Source: Candidatus Bathyarchaeia archaeon (GTDB taxonomy: Archaea > Thermoproteota > Bathyarchaeia > Bathyarchaeales > Bathycorpusculaceae). From it: a stretch of DNA of 48,497 bases. The stretch is taken from NCBI GenBank assembly GCA_038883715.1, contig JAVZLS010000012.1, positions 1 through 48,497 of the forward strand, read 5' to 3'. Shown here one piece after another: positions 28,276 to 38,520 of the stretch. The stretch's first letter is position 1. Each line of letters begins with the position of its first letter. A model generated the notes under the pieces. It was not told where the DNA came from, searched no databases, and saw only the letters and a list, made by a program, of their open reading frames with translations. A program made the position numbers and the translations under genes.

Positions 28276-29076
28276 TTAACGCCTCAATTTTATGGAGAGA
28301 TCTCCAACAAAAACACGTTTGACAGAGCCATTTTCAAGCTTTAAAACTAGAGCGCCGTCACGATCAACATCGGAGGCTATGCCTTCAAATCTTTCACCAT
28401 CACCACAAACTTCCACTCGGCAGCCTAGAAAATATGCGAAGCTTTTCCATTCCTTCAAAATTGGCGTGAATCCTTCTTTAAGGAAGATTTGATAAAGGTT
28501 GTCCATTTTCTCCAGCAAAGCCTTGAAAAGCTCTTCTAGGGAGATTTTTCTGCCTAAGGCTTTTTGGATGGAGGTTGCTGTTTCGCTAAGCTCTCTTGGA
28601 AATTCTTTTTCAACGTCTATGTTGGCGTTTACGCCTACGCCAATTATTGTGTAATCAACTTTTTCGCCTATGGTTTTCATTTCTGAGAGGATGCCGCAAA
28701 CCTTCCGCCCATTCACTAGGACATCGTTGGGCCATTTTGTTTCAACCTTTAAGCCAAATAATTCTCGTAGGGTTTCTGCAACGGCTAAGCCTGCCAAAAA
28801 CACGAGTTTGATGGTTTCCGGTGGCTTAAGCTTTGGCTTAAGAATTATTGAGAACCATAAGCCTCCTTTTGGCGAGAGCCATTTTCTGCCGGGTCTGCCG
28901 CGCCCAGAGGTTTGGGTTTCGGCTACGGCAACTGTGCCCTCTGGGGCGCCGAGTTCTGCCAGCTCCTTAGCCCAATCGTTGGTTGAGCCAACTTCATGGG
29001 CAAAGAAAATGTATTTCCCAATAAGCCTCGTTTTCAGCCCTTCTTGAAGCTTTTCCACTTTTATGTTTGTTGGCAA
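28276..29076 (-). CDS. birA: Biotin-protein ligase (no N-terminal HTH)
   Basis: STND, AETQTSGRGR, KWPND, KVCGIL, GVGVN. Start taken as TTG 29076, just after the MFS stop; the longer ORF-track N-terminus overlaps the MFS gene. Confidence 0.92.
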   Translation of the reverse strand: MPTNIKVEKLQEGLKTRLIGKYIFFAHEVGSTNDWAKELAELGAPEGTVAVAETQTSGRGRPGRKWLSPKGGLWFSIILKPKLKPPETIKLVFLAGLAVAETLRELFGLKVETKWPNDVLVNGRKVCGILSEMKTIGEKVDYTIIGVGVNANIDVEKEFPRELSETATSIQKALGRKISLEELFKALLEKMDNLYQIFLKEGFTPILKEWKSFAYFLGCRVEVCGDGERFEGIASDVDRDGALVLKLENGSVKRVFVGDLSIKLRR

Positions 29077-29078
29077 GG

Positions 29079-30200
29079 CTATTTCTCCCCATACAATGCG
29101 AAGGCGCCGATGTAGAAGACTGCGTATATTGTGGCTGCCAGAACAAAGGACGCTGTGAAGCCCCAGTTGGCGATTAGTATGCCGCTTAGGGCTAGGCTCG
29201 CCGACTCGCCCAAGTGGAGCCCCATCATAAGCAGGCCGATGTCGGTCCCATAAGACTCCTTTTCGCAAATTTTTGATAGTATTCCCTCTTGTCCCACACT
29301 GTTCATCCCCTCGGCGAAGCCAACAGCCACCACGAGGACGGCGGCGAGAATAGCGGGGGAAAACCCTAGGGGGATTAAAAGAGCCGAATAGATTATTCCG
29401 CTTGTTAGAATGAGTCTTTTCACGTCGCGATATTTGGAGAAGATGTACGAGGACAAGCCTGCCGTAAAAATCATGGTGCCAAAAACCAGTCCAACATTTT
29501 CTGGGGAAAAGCCAACATTGTTTAGGAAACATGGTATGACATATCCGGAGCGGAAGCCAAAGGCCAAGCCCATTGTAAAGAATAGGAATAGGAAAATTTT
29601 GAACTTTCGCCCCTTCTTCCTAAAGTCAAGGAAACGTAAGGCTTGTCCCGTGGTGAATTCGCCCTTCCTTTCATCAGTTAATGTGAAGGAGAGGAGAAAT
29701 CCCAGAACGCCTAAAAGGGCGCATAAAATCATCGTCCCCTCATATAGGACTAGTGCCGCTAGAAATCCGGCTATGAGGCTGCCGACGGCGTAGGCAACAT
29801 AAACAACCGTTCTTAGGTTGACAAGGATCCTCCAGTTCCCCTTGCTTCTTTCTAGAATATAGGCCCTATTTACAGCCCATATGGCGCCCTCCTTTGTTCC
29901 CTCTGCAACTTTTCCGAAGAGGAACTCCATTGGAGTGTGGGCAAAATAGTAGATGAGGCTTGATATGGTGCCTAAGAATCCGTTCGCCATGAAGAAGGGC
30001 TTCCTTCCAAAAAAGTCTGAAAGGGTGGCGAAGAACATTCTGCCAAGCTGCATTATTAGGGGCATAGCTGCGAAAACAAAGCCTATAAGGACTATGTCTA
30101 TGCGTCTCTCCTCCATTATTAAGGGGATTACGACTCCTAGGATGCCGCTGGTAAAGGAGTGGAAAGACTGGATGACGAGAACCGTTTTTAAGGGACGCAG
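29079..30200 (-). CDS. MFS transporter
   Basis: Multiple TM segments, LSDFFGRK motif A; the frame extends upstream of ATG 30116 through a TM1-like stretch to CTG at 30200. Confidence 0.82.
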   Translation of the reverse strand: MRPLKTVLVIQSFHSFTSGILGVVIPLIMEERRIDIVLIGFVFAAMPLIMQLGRMFFATLSDFFGRKPFFMANGFLGTISSLIYYFAHTPMEFLFGKVAEGTKEGAIWAVNRAYILERSKGNWRILVNLRTVVYVAYAVGSLIAGFLAALVLYEGTMILCALLGVLGFLLSFTLTDERKGEFTTGQALRFLDFRKKGRKFKIFLFLFFTMGLAFGFRSGYVIPCFLNNVGFSPENVGLVFGTMIFTAGLSSYIFSKYRDVKRLILTSGIIYSALLIPLGFSPAILAAVLVVAVGFAEGMNSVGQEGILSKICEKESYGTDIGLLMMGLHLGESASLALSGILIANWGFTASFVLAATIYAVFYIGAFALYGEK

Positions 30201-30249
30201 AAGGCTTCAGCCCCCGACAAGTGCCCAGTGAAACTTCGATTTGTGCGCT

Positions 30250-30663
30250 TTAAACCATCACAAGTTCCAATAGAACACCCTTTGTGCTTTTCGGGTGGAC
30301 GAAGGCTATCTTCTTCCCTTCAGCACCAGTTCTAGGCTTTTCATCAACAAGCATAACGCCCTTATTTTTAAGCTCCTCTAAAGCCCTTTTGATATCATCC
30401 ACTTTTACGGCTATGTGGTGGATTCCTTCACCTCGGCTTTCAAGGAATTTTGCAACTGGACTATCGCTGCCCAAAGGTTCTAAAAGCTCAATTTGGGTTT
30501 CGCCACCAGCGGATAGGAAGGCCACCTTAACCTTCCGCTCTGGTAGGACGTGAACGCTTAAAAGCTTGAAGCCAAGGATATCACGGTAAACGCTAATAGC
30601 CTCATCCAGATTTTTAACAGCCACGCCAACATGGTCCATACCAGTAAACATGCGCCATCCCAA
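30250..30663 (-). CDS. mce: Methylmalonyl-CoA epimerase
   Basis: [36 protein letters not shown]; cluster context. Confidence 0.92.
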   Translation of the reverse strand: MGWRMFTGMDHVGVAVKNLDEAISVYRDILGFKLLSVHVLPERKVKVAFLSAGGETQIELLEPLGSDSPVAKFLESRGEGIHHIAVKVDDIKRALEELKNKGVMLVDEKPRTGAEGKKIAFVHPKSTKGVLLELVMV

Positions 30664-30718
30664 CTCCAGCTCGCTGCTTGAGGGTTAAATGCAATTGCCC
30701 CTCATTATAAAAAAGTTT

Positions 30719-31258
30719 CTAGGCGATAACTGCCAAAACATCTCCCTTGTTCACAACAGCCCCTTCAGAGACTAGGACTTCCTTAACAACACCGTCTTTT
30801 GGCGCTGCAACCTCATTCGCCATCTTCATAGCTTCCAAAATGCATACGCAATCTCCTTTGGAGACTTTCTGTCCAACGCCAACCTTTAATGCTATAACTC
30901 TTCCTGCTATGGGAGCTAAAACGGCATCCTTCCCAACGATAAGGCTAATGGCAGGCTTTTTAGAAAGTGCCGGAAGCGGCTCAATTTTTGAAGCTTCCGG
31001 TTTAAAGGTTGGGGTGGGATATTGAACTTCGAAGGTTTTCCCGCCAATTTTAACCTGCATAATGCTTCGGGGAAGCTTCAAAAGTTCTGCCGAAAATTTT
31101 TCGCCGTTTATCTCTAATGAAAATTTTCCACCGCCAGAGTTGGCAAATTTAACCTCAACTGTTTTTCCGTTAACATCAACTAGGAAAGTGTTATTCTCCC
31201 TTTTCAAAACCTTAACATTGTACGCTTTATTGTTCACTAAAACTTCGTGGATCTTCAA
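30719..31258 (-). CDS. Biotin carboxyl carrier protein 2
   Basis: APIAG, LEAMKMANE; 4-bp overlap with the biotin carboxylase stop. Confidence 0.92.
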   Translation of the reverse strand: MKIHEVLVNNKAYNVKVLKRENNTFLVDVNGKTVEVKFANSGGGKFSLEINGEKFSAELLKLPRSIMQVKIGGKTFEVQYPTPTFKPEASKIEPLPALSKKPAISLIVGKDAVLAPIAGRVIALKVGVGQKVSKGDCVCILEAMKMANEVAAPKDGVVKEVLVSEGAVVNKGDVLAVIA

Positions 31259-32766
31259 AGGGTTCGCCTCAGCCCCCTACCTCTGCCGGCAAGCTTCCAA
31301 AGGGAAACTCTCCCTTGTTCACGTCTTGGAATTAGTGCCTTAACTTTGGCTTCAGCTGTTTGATTTGCCAGAAAAGCGGTAAGGGCGGCTATCTCCTCAT
31401 CCGTTAAGGCTTTCTTTGGAAGAAGCTTTTCAATCCTTTCGTCGACAAAGTTTATGTGGATATCTCCTCTTAAGAAATCTTCATCCTCCATTATCCTCTT
31501 ATGCAGTGGGATTGTGGTTTTAACTCCCTCTATCACAAATTCGTCTAAGGCGTTACGCGCCCTCTTTATGGCTTCTAAGCGGCTTAAACCCCAGACAGCA
31601 AGCTTGGCAATCAAGGGGTCATAGAAGACTGACACCGTGTAGCCAGCGTAAAGGTGGGTGTCAACCCTAACTCCAGGACCGCCTGGCAAACGCAAGTTTG
31701 TGACTGTTCCCGGTGATGGCGCAAAGTTTTCGTAGGGGTCTTCAGCGTTTATGCGGCAGTTTATGGCATGTCCACGGATTTTCACGTCCCTCTGGCTGTA
31801 GGCAAGTTTTTCGCCAGCCGCAATTCTTATTTGCTCTTTGACTATGTCTATGCCCGTCACCATTTCAGTTATCAAGTGCTCCACTTGAAGCCTAGTGTTC
31901 ATCTCGAGAAAGTAGTAGTTGCCGTTTTGGTCTACAAGGAACTCAACAGTTCCAGCATTAACATAGTTTATGGCTTTCACAATGTTTATGGCTGAGGCGC
32001 CCATCTCTTTCCGCAGTTCCGCAGTCACGAAGGGCAAAGGCGTCTCCTCAATGAGTTTCTGGTATCGCCTTTGGATTGAGCATTCCCTTTCGCCTAGGTG
32101 AATGACCCTTCCCTTCTTATCTGCTAGTATTTGGAATTCTATGTGCCTAGCCCTTGGGAGAAACTTTTCAACGTAGATTTCGCGGCTTCCGAAGGAGGAT
32201 TCCGCCTCCAAGGCGGCGGTTTCTAAAACTTGGAGCATCTCACCATCGTTTTTTACAAAGCGCATGCCCTTCCCGCCGCCCCCGTAAACAGCCTTAACCA
32301 AAACTGGATAACCAACCTTCTCGGCTATTTCTAAGGCTTCTTCCGGGCTTTTGGCGGGTTTTAGGCTTCCGGGGATAACTGGCACTCCAGCTTCCGCCGC
32401 AGCCTTTCGAGCCTCAACCTTATTCCCCATCCGCCTCAAAACTTCGGCTGGAGGGCCAACAAACTCTAAACCATTTTTTGCACATGCTTCTGCAAAGGCT
32501 GGAATTTGGGATAGAAAGCCATATCCTGGATGGATGGCTTCACAACCAGATTTTTTGGCTATTTCAATTATTTTCTCTATGTTTAGGTAGCTTTGGCTAG
32601 GCTCTGCTGCGCCTATAAAATAGCATTCATCGGCGTATTGAACATGAAGCGAGTCAGCGTCAGCCTCCGAGTAGACAGCAACCGTCTTAACACCGAGTTC
32701 CCGGCATGCCCTAATAACCCTTAAAGCGATTTCTCCCCTATTGGCAACTAGAACCTTGTTAAACAT
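31255..32766 (-). CDS. accC: Biotin carboxylase
   Basis: KVLVANRGEIA, IHPGYGFLS, GGGGKGMR, ERECSIQRR, EMNTRLQVEH, RINAED, PGGPGVRVD. Confidence 0.94.
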   Translation of the reverse strand: MFNKVLVANRGEIALRVIRACRELGVKTVAVYSEADADSLHVQYADECYFIGAAEPSQSYLNIEKIIEIAKKSGCEAIHPGYGFLSQIPAFAEACAKNGLEFVGPPAEVLRRMGNKVEARKAAAEAGVPVIPGSLKPAKSPEEALEIAEKVGYPVLVKAVYGGGGKGMRFVKNDGEMLQVLETAALEAESSFGSREIYVEKFLPRARHIEFQILADKKGRVIHLGERECSIQRRYQKLIEETPLPFVTAELRKEMGASAINIVKAINYVNAGTVEFLVDQNGNYYFLEMNTRLQVEHLITEMVTGIDIVKEQIRIAAGEKLAYSQRDVKIRGHAINCRINAEDPYENFAPSPGTVTNLRLPGGPGVRVDTHLYAGYTVSVFYDPLIAKLAVWGLSRLEAIKRARNALDEFVIEGVKTTIPLHKRIMEDEDFLRGDIHINFVDERIEKLLPKKALTDEEIAALTAFLANQTAEAKVKALIPRREQGRVSLWKLAGRGRGLRRTL

Positions 32767-32901
32767 TTCCCGCCCTTTTACTAGCCAAGTGTGGCTTTTA
32801 ACAATTTATTGGCTTCGCCTTAAAATAAGTTTAAACATCCAAGGTTGTTCTGGAAAAATATAAAGGTTAGAAGATTAAACTAGGGTATTCCTTAAAATTG
32901 G

Positions 32902-34614
32902 ATGGTATCATTAATGGAGAAGCACACCCATGACATAGTCATTATTGGCGCAGGCTTGGCTGGTTTGAGGGCTGCCGTTGCAGCCGCAGAGTTCAACAGC
33001 AAACTGGACATAGCGGTTATTTCAAAGCTTCACCCTTTGAGGTCGCATTCTGTTTGTGCGCAAGGTGGAACAGCTGCTGCCATGCGAGAAAAGGACTCCT
33101 TTGATCTGCACGCCTTTGACACCGTGAAAGGCGCCGATTATCTAGCAGACCAAGATGTCGTGGAATTCTTTGTTAGGCAAGCTCCCAAAGAAATTATTTT
33201 GATGGAGCATTGGGGTTGTCCATGGAGCCGCACACTAGACGGGAAAATAGACCAGCGCCCCTTTGGCGGGCACACATATCCAAGGGCTTGCTTCGCGGCT
33301 GACATGACTGGTTTTCACGAGATGCACACGCTTTATGGGAAAGCCACAACCTACGATAACGTGAAGTTTTATGACGAATGGTTTGTCACATCGCTAATAG
33401 TTGAAGATGATGCCGTAGTGGGCTTAACAGCCATAGAGCTGAAAACAGGCGAGATGCACGCCTTTAAGGCTAAGGCTGTTGTGATGGCTACTGGCGGACA
33501 CGAGCGCATATACGAGTTTACTACCTTCTCCCACACAACGACGGGCGACGGCATGGCGATGGCTTACCGGGCTGGCGCGCCCCTTGAAGATATGGAGTTT
33601 GTTCAGTTCCACCCAACAGGTTTGGTGCCGTCGGGCGTGCTGATCACCGAGGGCGCGCGGGGTGAGGGCGGCTACCTATATAATGCCCTTGGAGAGCGCT
33701 TCATGAAGCGCTATGCCCCGGAAAAGATGGAGTTGGCTCCCCGCGACGTGGTTTCAAGGGCTGAGCAAACAGAAATCCTCGAAGGAAGAGCCTTCCAAGG
33801 CCCTTATGGACCATACATTGCTTTGGACCTTAGACACTTGGGCGAGGAGAAGATTAACGAGAGGCTGCCGCTCATAAGGGATGTTGCCATAAAGCTTGGC
33901 GGAGTCGACCCCGTCAAGGAGCCTATACCGATTCGTCCGGCAGCCCATTATTCGATGGGCGGGATTAGAGCCAACATAAGGACCGAAACATCCATTAAGG
34001 GTTTGTATGCCGCTGGCGAATGTTCATGTTTAAGCCTCCACGGCGCCAACAGACTTGGAACAAATTCTACGGCTGAATGTCTAGTTTTTGGAGCCGTCGC
34101 CGGGGAGGAAGCGGCAAAGTACGCCATGTCTGCCAGTTTCCATGAATTTCCAGAGGGGAAGGCTTTAGCCGAAGAGAAGCGGGTTTTTGATGGAATCCTT
34201 GGAAGCGAAGGCAGCGAGAGAGTCCCGCAGCTGAGGGATGAGATGAGGAGGCTTATGAACACCAAAGTTTGGATTTTCAGAACAGGCGAAGAGCTGAAAA
34301 GCGCCTTAAAAGAGATTAGAACGCTCAAGGAACGCTTTAAACACATAAAGGTTGAGGATAAGGGCAAAACCTTCAACACAGGGTTTACGGCTGCCCTCCA
34401 GCTTGACTTTATGTTGGACTTGGCTGAAGTCACAATTATAAGCGCGCTGGCAAGAACAGAGTCACGGGGTGCCCATTCAAGGCTTGACTATCCAAACCGC
34501 GACGACGAGAAGTGGCTTGTCCACACGCTGGCATATTATACCGTGGATGGACCGAGACTAGACTACATTCCAGTTACGATTACGAAGTGGCAGCCCACCG
34601 CCAGAAAGTATTAG
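32902..34614 (+). CDS. sdhA: Succinate dehydrogenase / fumarate reductase flavoprotein
   Basis: [16 protein letters not shown] (FAD-linking His), [46 protein letters not shown]. Confidence 0.92.
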   Translation: MVSLMEKHTHDIVIIGAGLAGLRAAVAAAEFNSKLDIAVISKLHPLRSHSVCAQGGTAAAMREKDSFDLHAFDTVKGADYLADQDVVEFFVRQAPKEIILMEHWGCPWSRTLDGKIDQRPFGGHTYPRACFAADMTGFHEMHTLYGKATTYDNVKFYDEWFVTSLIVEDDAVVGLTAIELKTGEMHAFKAKAVVMATGGHERIYEFTTFSHTTTGDGMAMAYRAGAPLEDMEFVQFHPTGLVPSGVLITEGARGEGGYLYNALGERFMKRYAPEKMELAPRDVVSRAEQTEILEGRAFQGPYGPYIALDLRHLGEEKINERLPLIRDVAIKLGGVDPVKEPIPIRPAAHYSMGGIRANIRTETSIKGLYAAGECSCLSLHGANRLGTNSTAECLVFGAVAGEEAAKYAMSASFHEFPEGKALAEEKRVFDGILGSEGSERVPQLRDEMRRLMNTKVWIFRTGEELKSALKEIRTLKERFKHIKVEDKGKTFNTGFTAALQLDFMLDLAEVTIISALARTESRGAHSRLDYPNRDDEKWLVHTLAYYTVDGPRLDYIPVTITKWQPTARKY

Positions 34615-34620
34615 GAGGGT

Positions 34621-36192
34621 TTGCGCATGAATGGAGAAGTTGTTAAGGTTGTTGAATTCAGAATTCGCAGATACAACCCAGACACGAATAGGAGTTACAT
34701 TTCCACGTTTAAGGTGCCAATTCGCCGTGGAACAACAATCCTAGACGTGCTTAACTATGTTAAGGAGAATTTTGATGAGACCCTTACTTTTAGGCACTCT
34801 TGCAGAATGGGAATCTGCGGAAGCTGCGCAGTAAATGTTAATGGCAAGCCGATGCTGGCGTGTTACACGCAGGTTTTAGATTTAAACGCCGACACAGTAA
34901 CCATCGAGCCTCTGTCAAATCTTCCAGTCATTAAGGATTTGGTGGTTGACATACAGCCCTTCTTCCAAAACTTCAGAAAAATCAAAACAGTGCTCATCAA
35001 GCCGGCGGAAGCCTTCAAAAAGCCCGTAGAGTTTACACAGTCGCCTGAAGACCTTAAAAAGTACTGGGATTTGACACTTTGCACAAAATGTTCAATTTGT
35101 TATTCTGCTTGTCCAGCAGCCATTGACGAGAGGTTTCTTGGGCCTTCGGCTTTGACAGCCAATTACAGGTTTGTTGCTGATTCGCGGGATGAGGGCTTGG
35201 ATGAAAGGCTTAAGCCTATGGCGGATAATGTTTGGCTCTGCACTTCATGCAATTCTTGCACGCTTTTCTGTCCAAAACTCGTTAACTGTGCGAACTCTGT
35301 GGTTGAGGACCGCAGTCTCTTGGTAGAAATGGGAGCCATCCCAAGAACAGTTAAGGATGTTCTTGAAAGTGTTATGAAATATCACAATCCAATGGGAACT
35401 CATCAGAGCAGACGGATGGCTTGGGCTGAAGGTTTAAACGTTAAAACCTATCCAAATGTTACAAGGGCTGATGTTCTATTTTTTGTGTGCTGTTCAACCG
35501 CCTATGACGTTAGGAATAGGGAAATAGCCAGAACGATGGCAACAATTTTTGACAGGCTTGGCGTTGATTATGCCACTTTAGGCGAGGAGGAGTGGTGCTG
35601 TGGAGACCACATACTACGAATGGGCGAGAAGGGTTTGTTTGAAATGCTTGCAGAACATAATGTGGCGGTGTTCCAGAAGTTTAATGCAGACGGCATTGTG
35701 ACGGTTTCGCCCCACTGCTACAATGCCTTCAAAAACGACAAGCCCTACAAGGATTTAGCGCTAAACATTCAGCACTATACGCAATTTTTGGCTGAAGCCC
35801 TAGAAAAGGGCAAACTTAAACCCACAAAACCCTATAACAAGAGGGTTGTCTACCACGACCCATGCTTCTTGGGCAAACGAAACCAAATCTACGAAGAGCC
35901 GAGGCAAATTCTACAATCAATAAAAGGTTTAGAGCTTATCGAGATGAAGCGCACGAGGGAAGCCAGCTTCTGCTGCGGCGGCGGAGCCGGAAGAGTCTGG
36001 ACAGAGGAAGCCGAACCGGAAAAGAGGCCATGTGTAAACCGTGTTAAAGAGGCTTTAGAACTTGGTGCAGACGTGATAGCTGTGGCTTGTCCTTTCTGTG
36101 TGACAACCCTTGAAGACGCCACAAAAGTTTTGGAAGCGGAAGAAAAAGTAGCCGTCAGAGACATCCTCGAAATCTTAAGAGAAACTCTCTAG
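34621..36192 (+). CDS. SdhB/FrdB Fe-S subunit fused to two CCG domains (TfrB/HdrD-like)
   Basis: SCRMGICGSC, CTKCSICYSAC, CTSCNSCTLFC, then WCCGD..SPHC and YHDPC..FCCGGG..ACPFC. Confidence 0.88.
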   Translation: MRMNGEVVKVVEFRIRRYNPDTNRSYISTFKVPIRRGTTILDVLNYVKENFDETLTFRHSCRMGICGSCAVNVNGKPMLACYTQVLDLNADTVTIEPLSNLPVIKDLVVDIQPFFQNFRKIKTVLIKPAEAFKKPVEFTQSPEDLKKYWDLTLCTKCSICYSACPAAIDERFLGPSALTANYRFVADSRDEGLDERLKPMADNVWLCTSCNSCTLFCPKLVNCANSVVEDRSLLVEMGAIPRTVKDVLESVMKYHNPMGTHQSRRMAWAEGLNVKTYPNVTRADVLFFVCCSTAYDVRNREIARTMATIFDRLGVDYATLGEEEWCCGDHILRMGEKGLFEMLAEHNVAVFQKFNADGIVTVSPHCYNAFKNDKPYKDLALNIQHYTQFLAEALEKGKLKPTKPYNKRVVYHDPCFLGKRNQIYEEPRQILQSIKGLELIEMKRTREASFCCGGGAGRVWTEEAEPEKRPCVNRVKEALELGADVIAVACPFCVTTLEDATKVLEAEEKVAVRDILEILRETL

Positions 36193-36218
36193 AACCCTTT
36201 TTCCTTCCTTTAATCTTT

Positions 36219-36446
36219 TTAGCATCTGCAGCGGCTCGTCATGTGACAGTGGCATTTTGTCTCCTCAACCGTGAAGGTTAAGTCTATTAGGATTTCTTCA
36301 AGCTCTCTTGCAAGGTTTTGGTTGCCCCTAGCCTTTATTTCAGTTAGAAGTTTTTCCGCCTCTGCTTTTAGGGCAAGGGGGTCTCCGCTTCCATCCTTTA
36401 AGAAGCGTTTGTATTTGGCTTTGAAGCTTGCAAGCTTATCTTCCAT
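36219..36446 (-). CDS. Small helical protein with a Cys/His-rich C-terminus
   Basis: Ends in KCHCHMTSRCRC; ATG at 36446 or 36458. Confidence 0.6.
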   Translation of the reverse strand: MEDKLASFKAKYKRFLKDGSGDPLALKAEAEKLLTEIKARGNQNLARELEEILIDLTFTVEETKCHCHMTSRCRC

Positions 36447-36638
36447 TGCGACGACCATCCGCGAGAGACCAATGTCAATCTTGGAGATTAGCCTTTTCGT
36501 TCGGCGAGGACGTCCTCTATAACTGTAGCCGTATTTAATGTTTTGGAGTCTGAAAGGTTGATAGATACCTTAATATATTAACTTCATAGGTTATTTAATT
36601 CTCATTAGAAGTAATTGAGGTTTGGAGGAAAGGTTGCA

Positions 36639-38501
36639 TTGTACGGCTATGCTGGAAGAATTCTCCACGTGGACTTAACAACTGGAAAAACACACACGGA
36701 GCCATTAAACGAGGATTATGCCAAAAAATACATTGGCGGCATAGGCCTAGGGATGCGCTTGTGGCTTGACAATTCTAAGGCTGGAGTTGACCCCTTCAGC
36801 CCAGAAAACCCGCTTGTCCTCGCGACAGGCCCAACTTCTGGCACCATTTGGCCAACTGGCGGTAATGGCCACGCCTTTGTTTCCAAGTCTCCGCAGAGTT
36901 ATGGCATAGCTGAAGCGAAGTCCCATGGAAGTTTCGGCACAGAACTGAAGAGGGCTGGTTACGACGCTGTTATTTTCCATGGAAAAGCTGAAAAGCCCGT
37001 CTATGTTTGGATTGACGACGACTCTGTACAAATTTTGGATGCTTCTCACTTGTGGGGTAAATCGCCGGCTGAAACTGAGGATATGATTAAGGAGGAGCTG
37101 GGTGACTACTACATCCGCGTTGCAGCTATTGGTCCTGCTGGAGAAAAACTTGTACGGATAGCATGCATAATCAACGAGAAGTCAAGAGCTGCTGGCAGAT
37201 GCGGACTTGGCGCCGTTATGGGTTCAAAGAATTTGAAGGCAATCGCCATCCGCGGAACCCACGACGTAACGGTGGCGAAGCCAGACGAGTTCCTTGAATT
37301 CGTTAAGGAGTTCCATGAGAGGATGAAGGGCCCAGCCACAAAGAAGTACCGAACACTGGGCACACCGGAAAATGTTTTGGTGCATAATGCTTTGCATTGT
37401 ATGCCAACTCGGAACTATAATAATGCACATTTTGAGGCTGCTGAGAAGGTTAGCGGCGAATACTTGAACGAGAGGTATGTTGCCAAAATCATTGGCTGCA
37501 GCTCCTGCGCCATGAGATGCGAACACGTGTGTGTTGTCACTGAAGGCCCCTACAAGGGGGCTATGGCTAGAGTTGAATACGAGCCTTTGTGGGCTATGGG
37601 ACCCTACTGTGGAGTTGACCGCCTAGACGCCATTATTAAGGGTAGCGAGCTCTGTAACTATTATGGAATAGACTCCATCAGTGCTGGTGTGATTGTTGGT
37701 TTCGCCATGGACTGCTTTGAAAACGGCATATTAACTGCTAAAGACATGGACGGCATTGAAGCCCGCTTCGGCAACCATGAAGCATTAGTGAGGCTTATTG
37801 AGAAAATTGGCAAACGTGAGGGGATAGGCAACATTCTGGCTGAGGGTGTCAAGTTCGCCGCTGAGAAAATTGGCAAAGGCGCCGAGAAACTAGCCCAACA
37901 CATAAAGGGTGTTGAGGTTACTGGTTACGACTTAAGATGCCTCAAAACGGCGGCTTTGGGCTTCGCTGTTTCCTTCCGTGGAGCTGACCACAACAGGCAT
38001 GGAGCCTACGCCTTCGACGTTAAGGGCAAGTTTAACAGGCTGAAGTACGAGAAGGGAAGGGCGAAAGCTGTGAAAGACATCGAAGACGTCTACACAATAA
38101 TTGACTCGCTGATAATCTGCAAGTTCTCCAGAGGCACATACTACAAGGAGTTTGAGGACTTGGCTAAGCTTTACACTCTTGTGACTGGTTGGGAGACAAC
38201 GCCTGAAGAGATGCGTGTGAAGGGCGAACGCATAAACAACCTCGCCAGAGTCATAAACGTGAGGGAAGGCTTAGGCCGGAAAGACGACACGCTTCCATGG
38301 AAGGTTATGAATGCGCCAATTCCAGACGAGGGTCCGTCTAAGGGTGCCTATGTGACGCAGGAGGAACTTGAAATGATGTTGGACGACTACTACGAGGCGC
38401 GGGGCTGGACAAGGGATGGCATACCAACTCCTGAGAAGCTTAAGGCTTTGGGCATGGACGACCTAATCCCGATTGTGGAGGCGAAGCTCCGAAAAGCCTA
38501 G
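36639..38501 (+). CDS. aor: Tungsten aldehyde:ferredoxin oxidoreductase family protein
   Basis: YGYAGRILHVDL, GAVMGSKNLKAI, CSSCAMRC, EYE, GIDSISAG, DSLIICKF, YYEARGW; likely TTG at 36639 after GGAGG. Confidence 0.92.
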   Translation: MYGYAGRILHVDLTTGKTHTEPLNEDYAKKYIGGIGLGMRLWLDNSKAGVDPFSPENPLVLATGPTSGTIWPTGGNGHAFVSKSPQSYGIAEAKSHGSFGTELKRAGYDAVIFHGKAEKPVYVWIDDDSVQILDASHLWGKSPAETEDMIKEELGDYYIRVAAIGPAGEKLVRIACIINEKSRAAGRCGLGAVMGSKNLKAIAIRGTHDVTVAKPDEFLEFVKEFHERMKGPATKKYRTLGTPENVLVHNALHCMPTRNYNNAHFEAAEKVSGEYLNERYVAKIIGCSSCAMRCEHVCVVTEGPYKGAMARVEYEPLWAMGPYCGVDRLDAIIKGSELCNYYGIDSISAGVIVGFAMDCFENGILTAKDMDGIEARFGNHEALVRLIEKIGKREGIGNILAEGVKFAAEKIGKGAEKLAQHIKGVEVTGYDLRCLKTAALGFAVSFRGADHNRHGAYAFDVKGKFNRLKYEKGRAKAVKDIEDVYTIIDSLIICKFSRGTYYKEFEDLAKLYTLVTGWETTPEEMRVKGERINNLARVINVREGLGRKDDTLPWKVMNAPIPDEGPSKGAYVTQEELEMMLDDYYEARGWTRDGIPTPEKLKALGMDDLIPIVEAKLRKA

Positions 38502-38520
38502 CAGAATGGAGGTATGGTGA

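Noticed and set aside
29077-29532. Long N-terminal extension on BirA in the ORF track
   Set aside because: It overlaps the MFS gene on the same strand in another frame and is not protein-like; TTG 29076 gives a normal ligase.
36460-36530. Fluoride-riboswitch-like look on the minus strand (GCC..GGCTAAT)
   Set aside because: Lacks the GGxGAUG 5' element and matching pseudoknot, and no fluoride-related gene follows.
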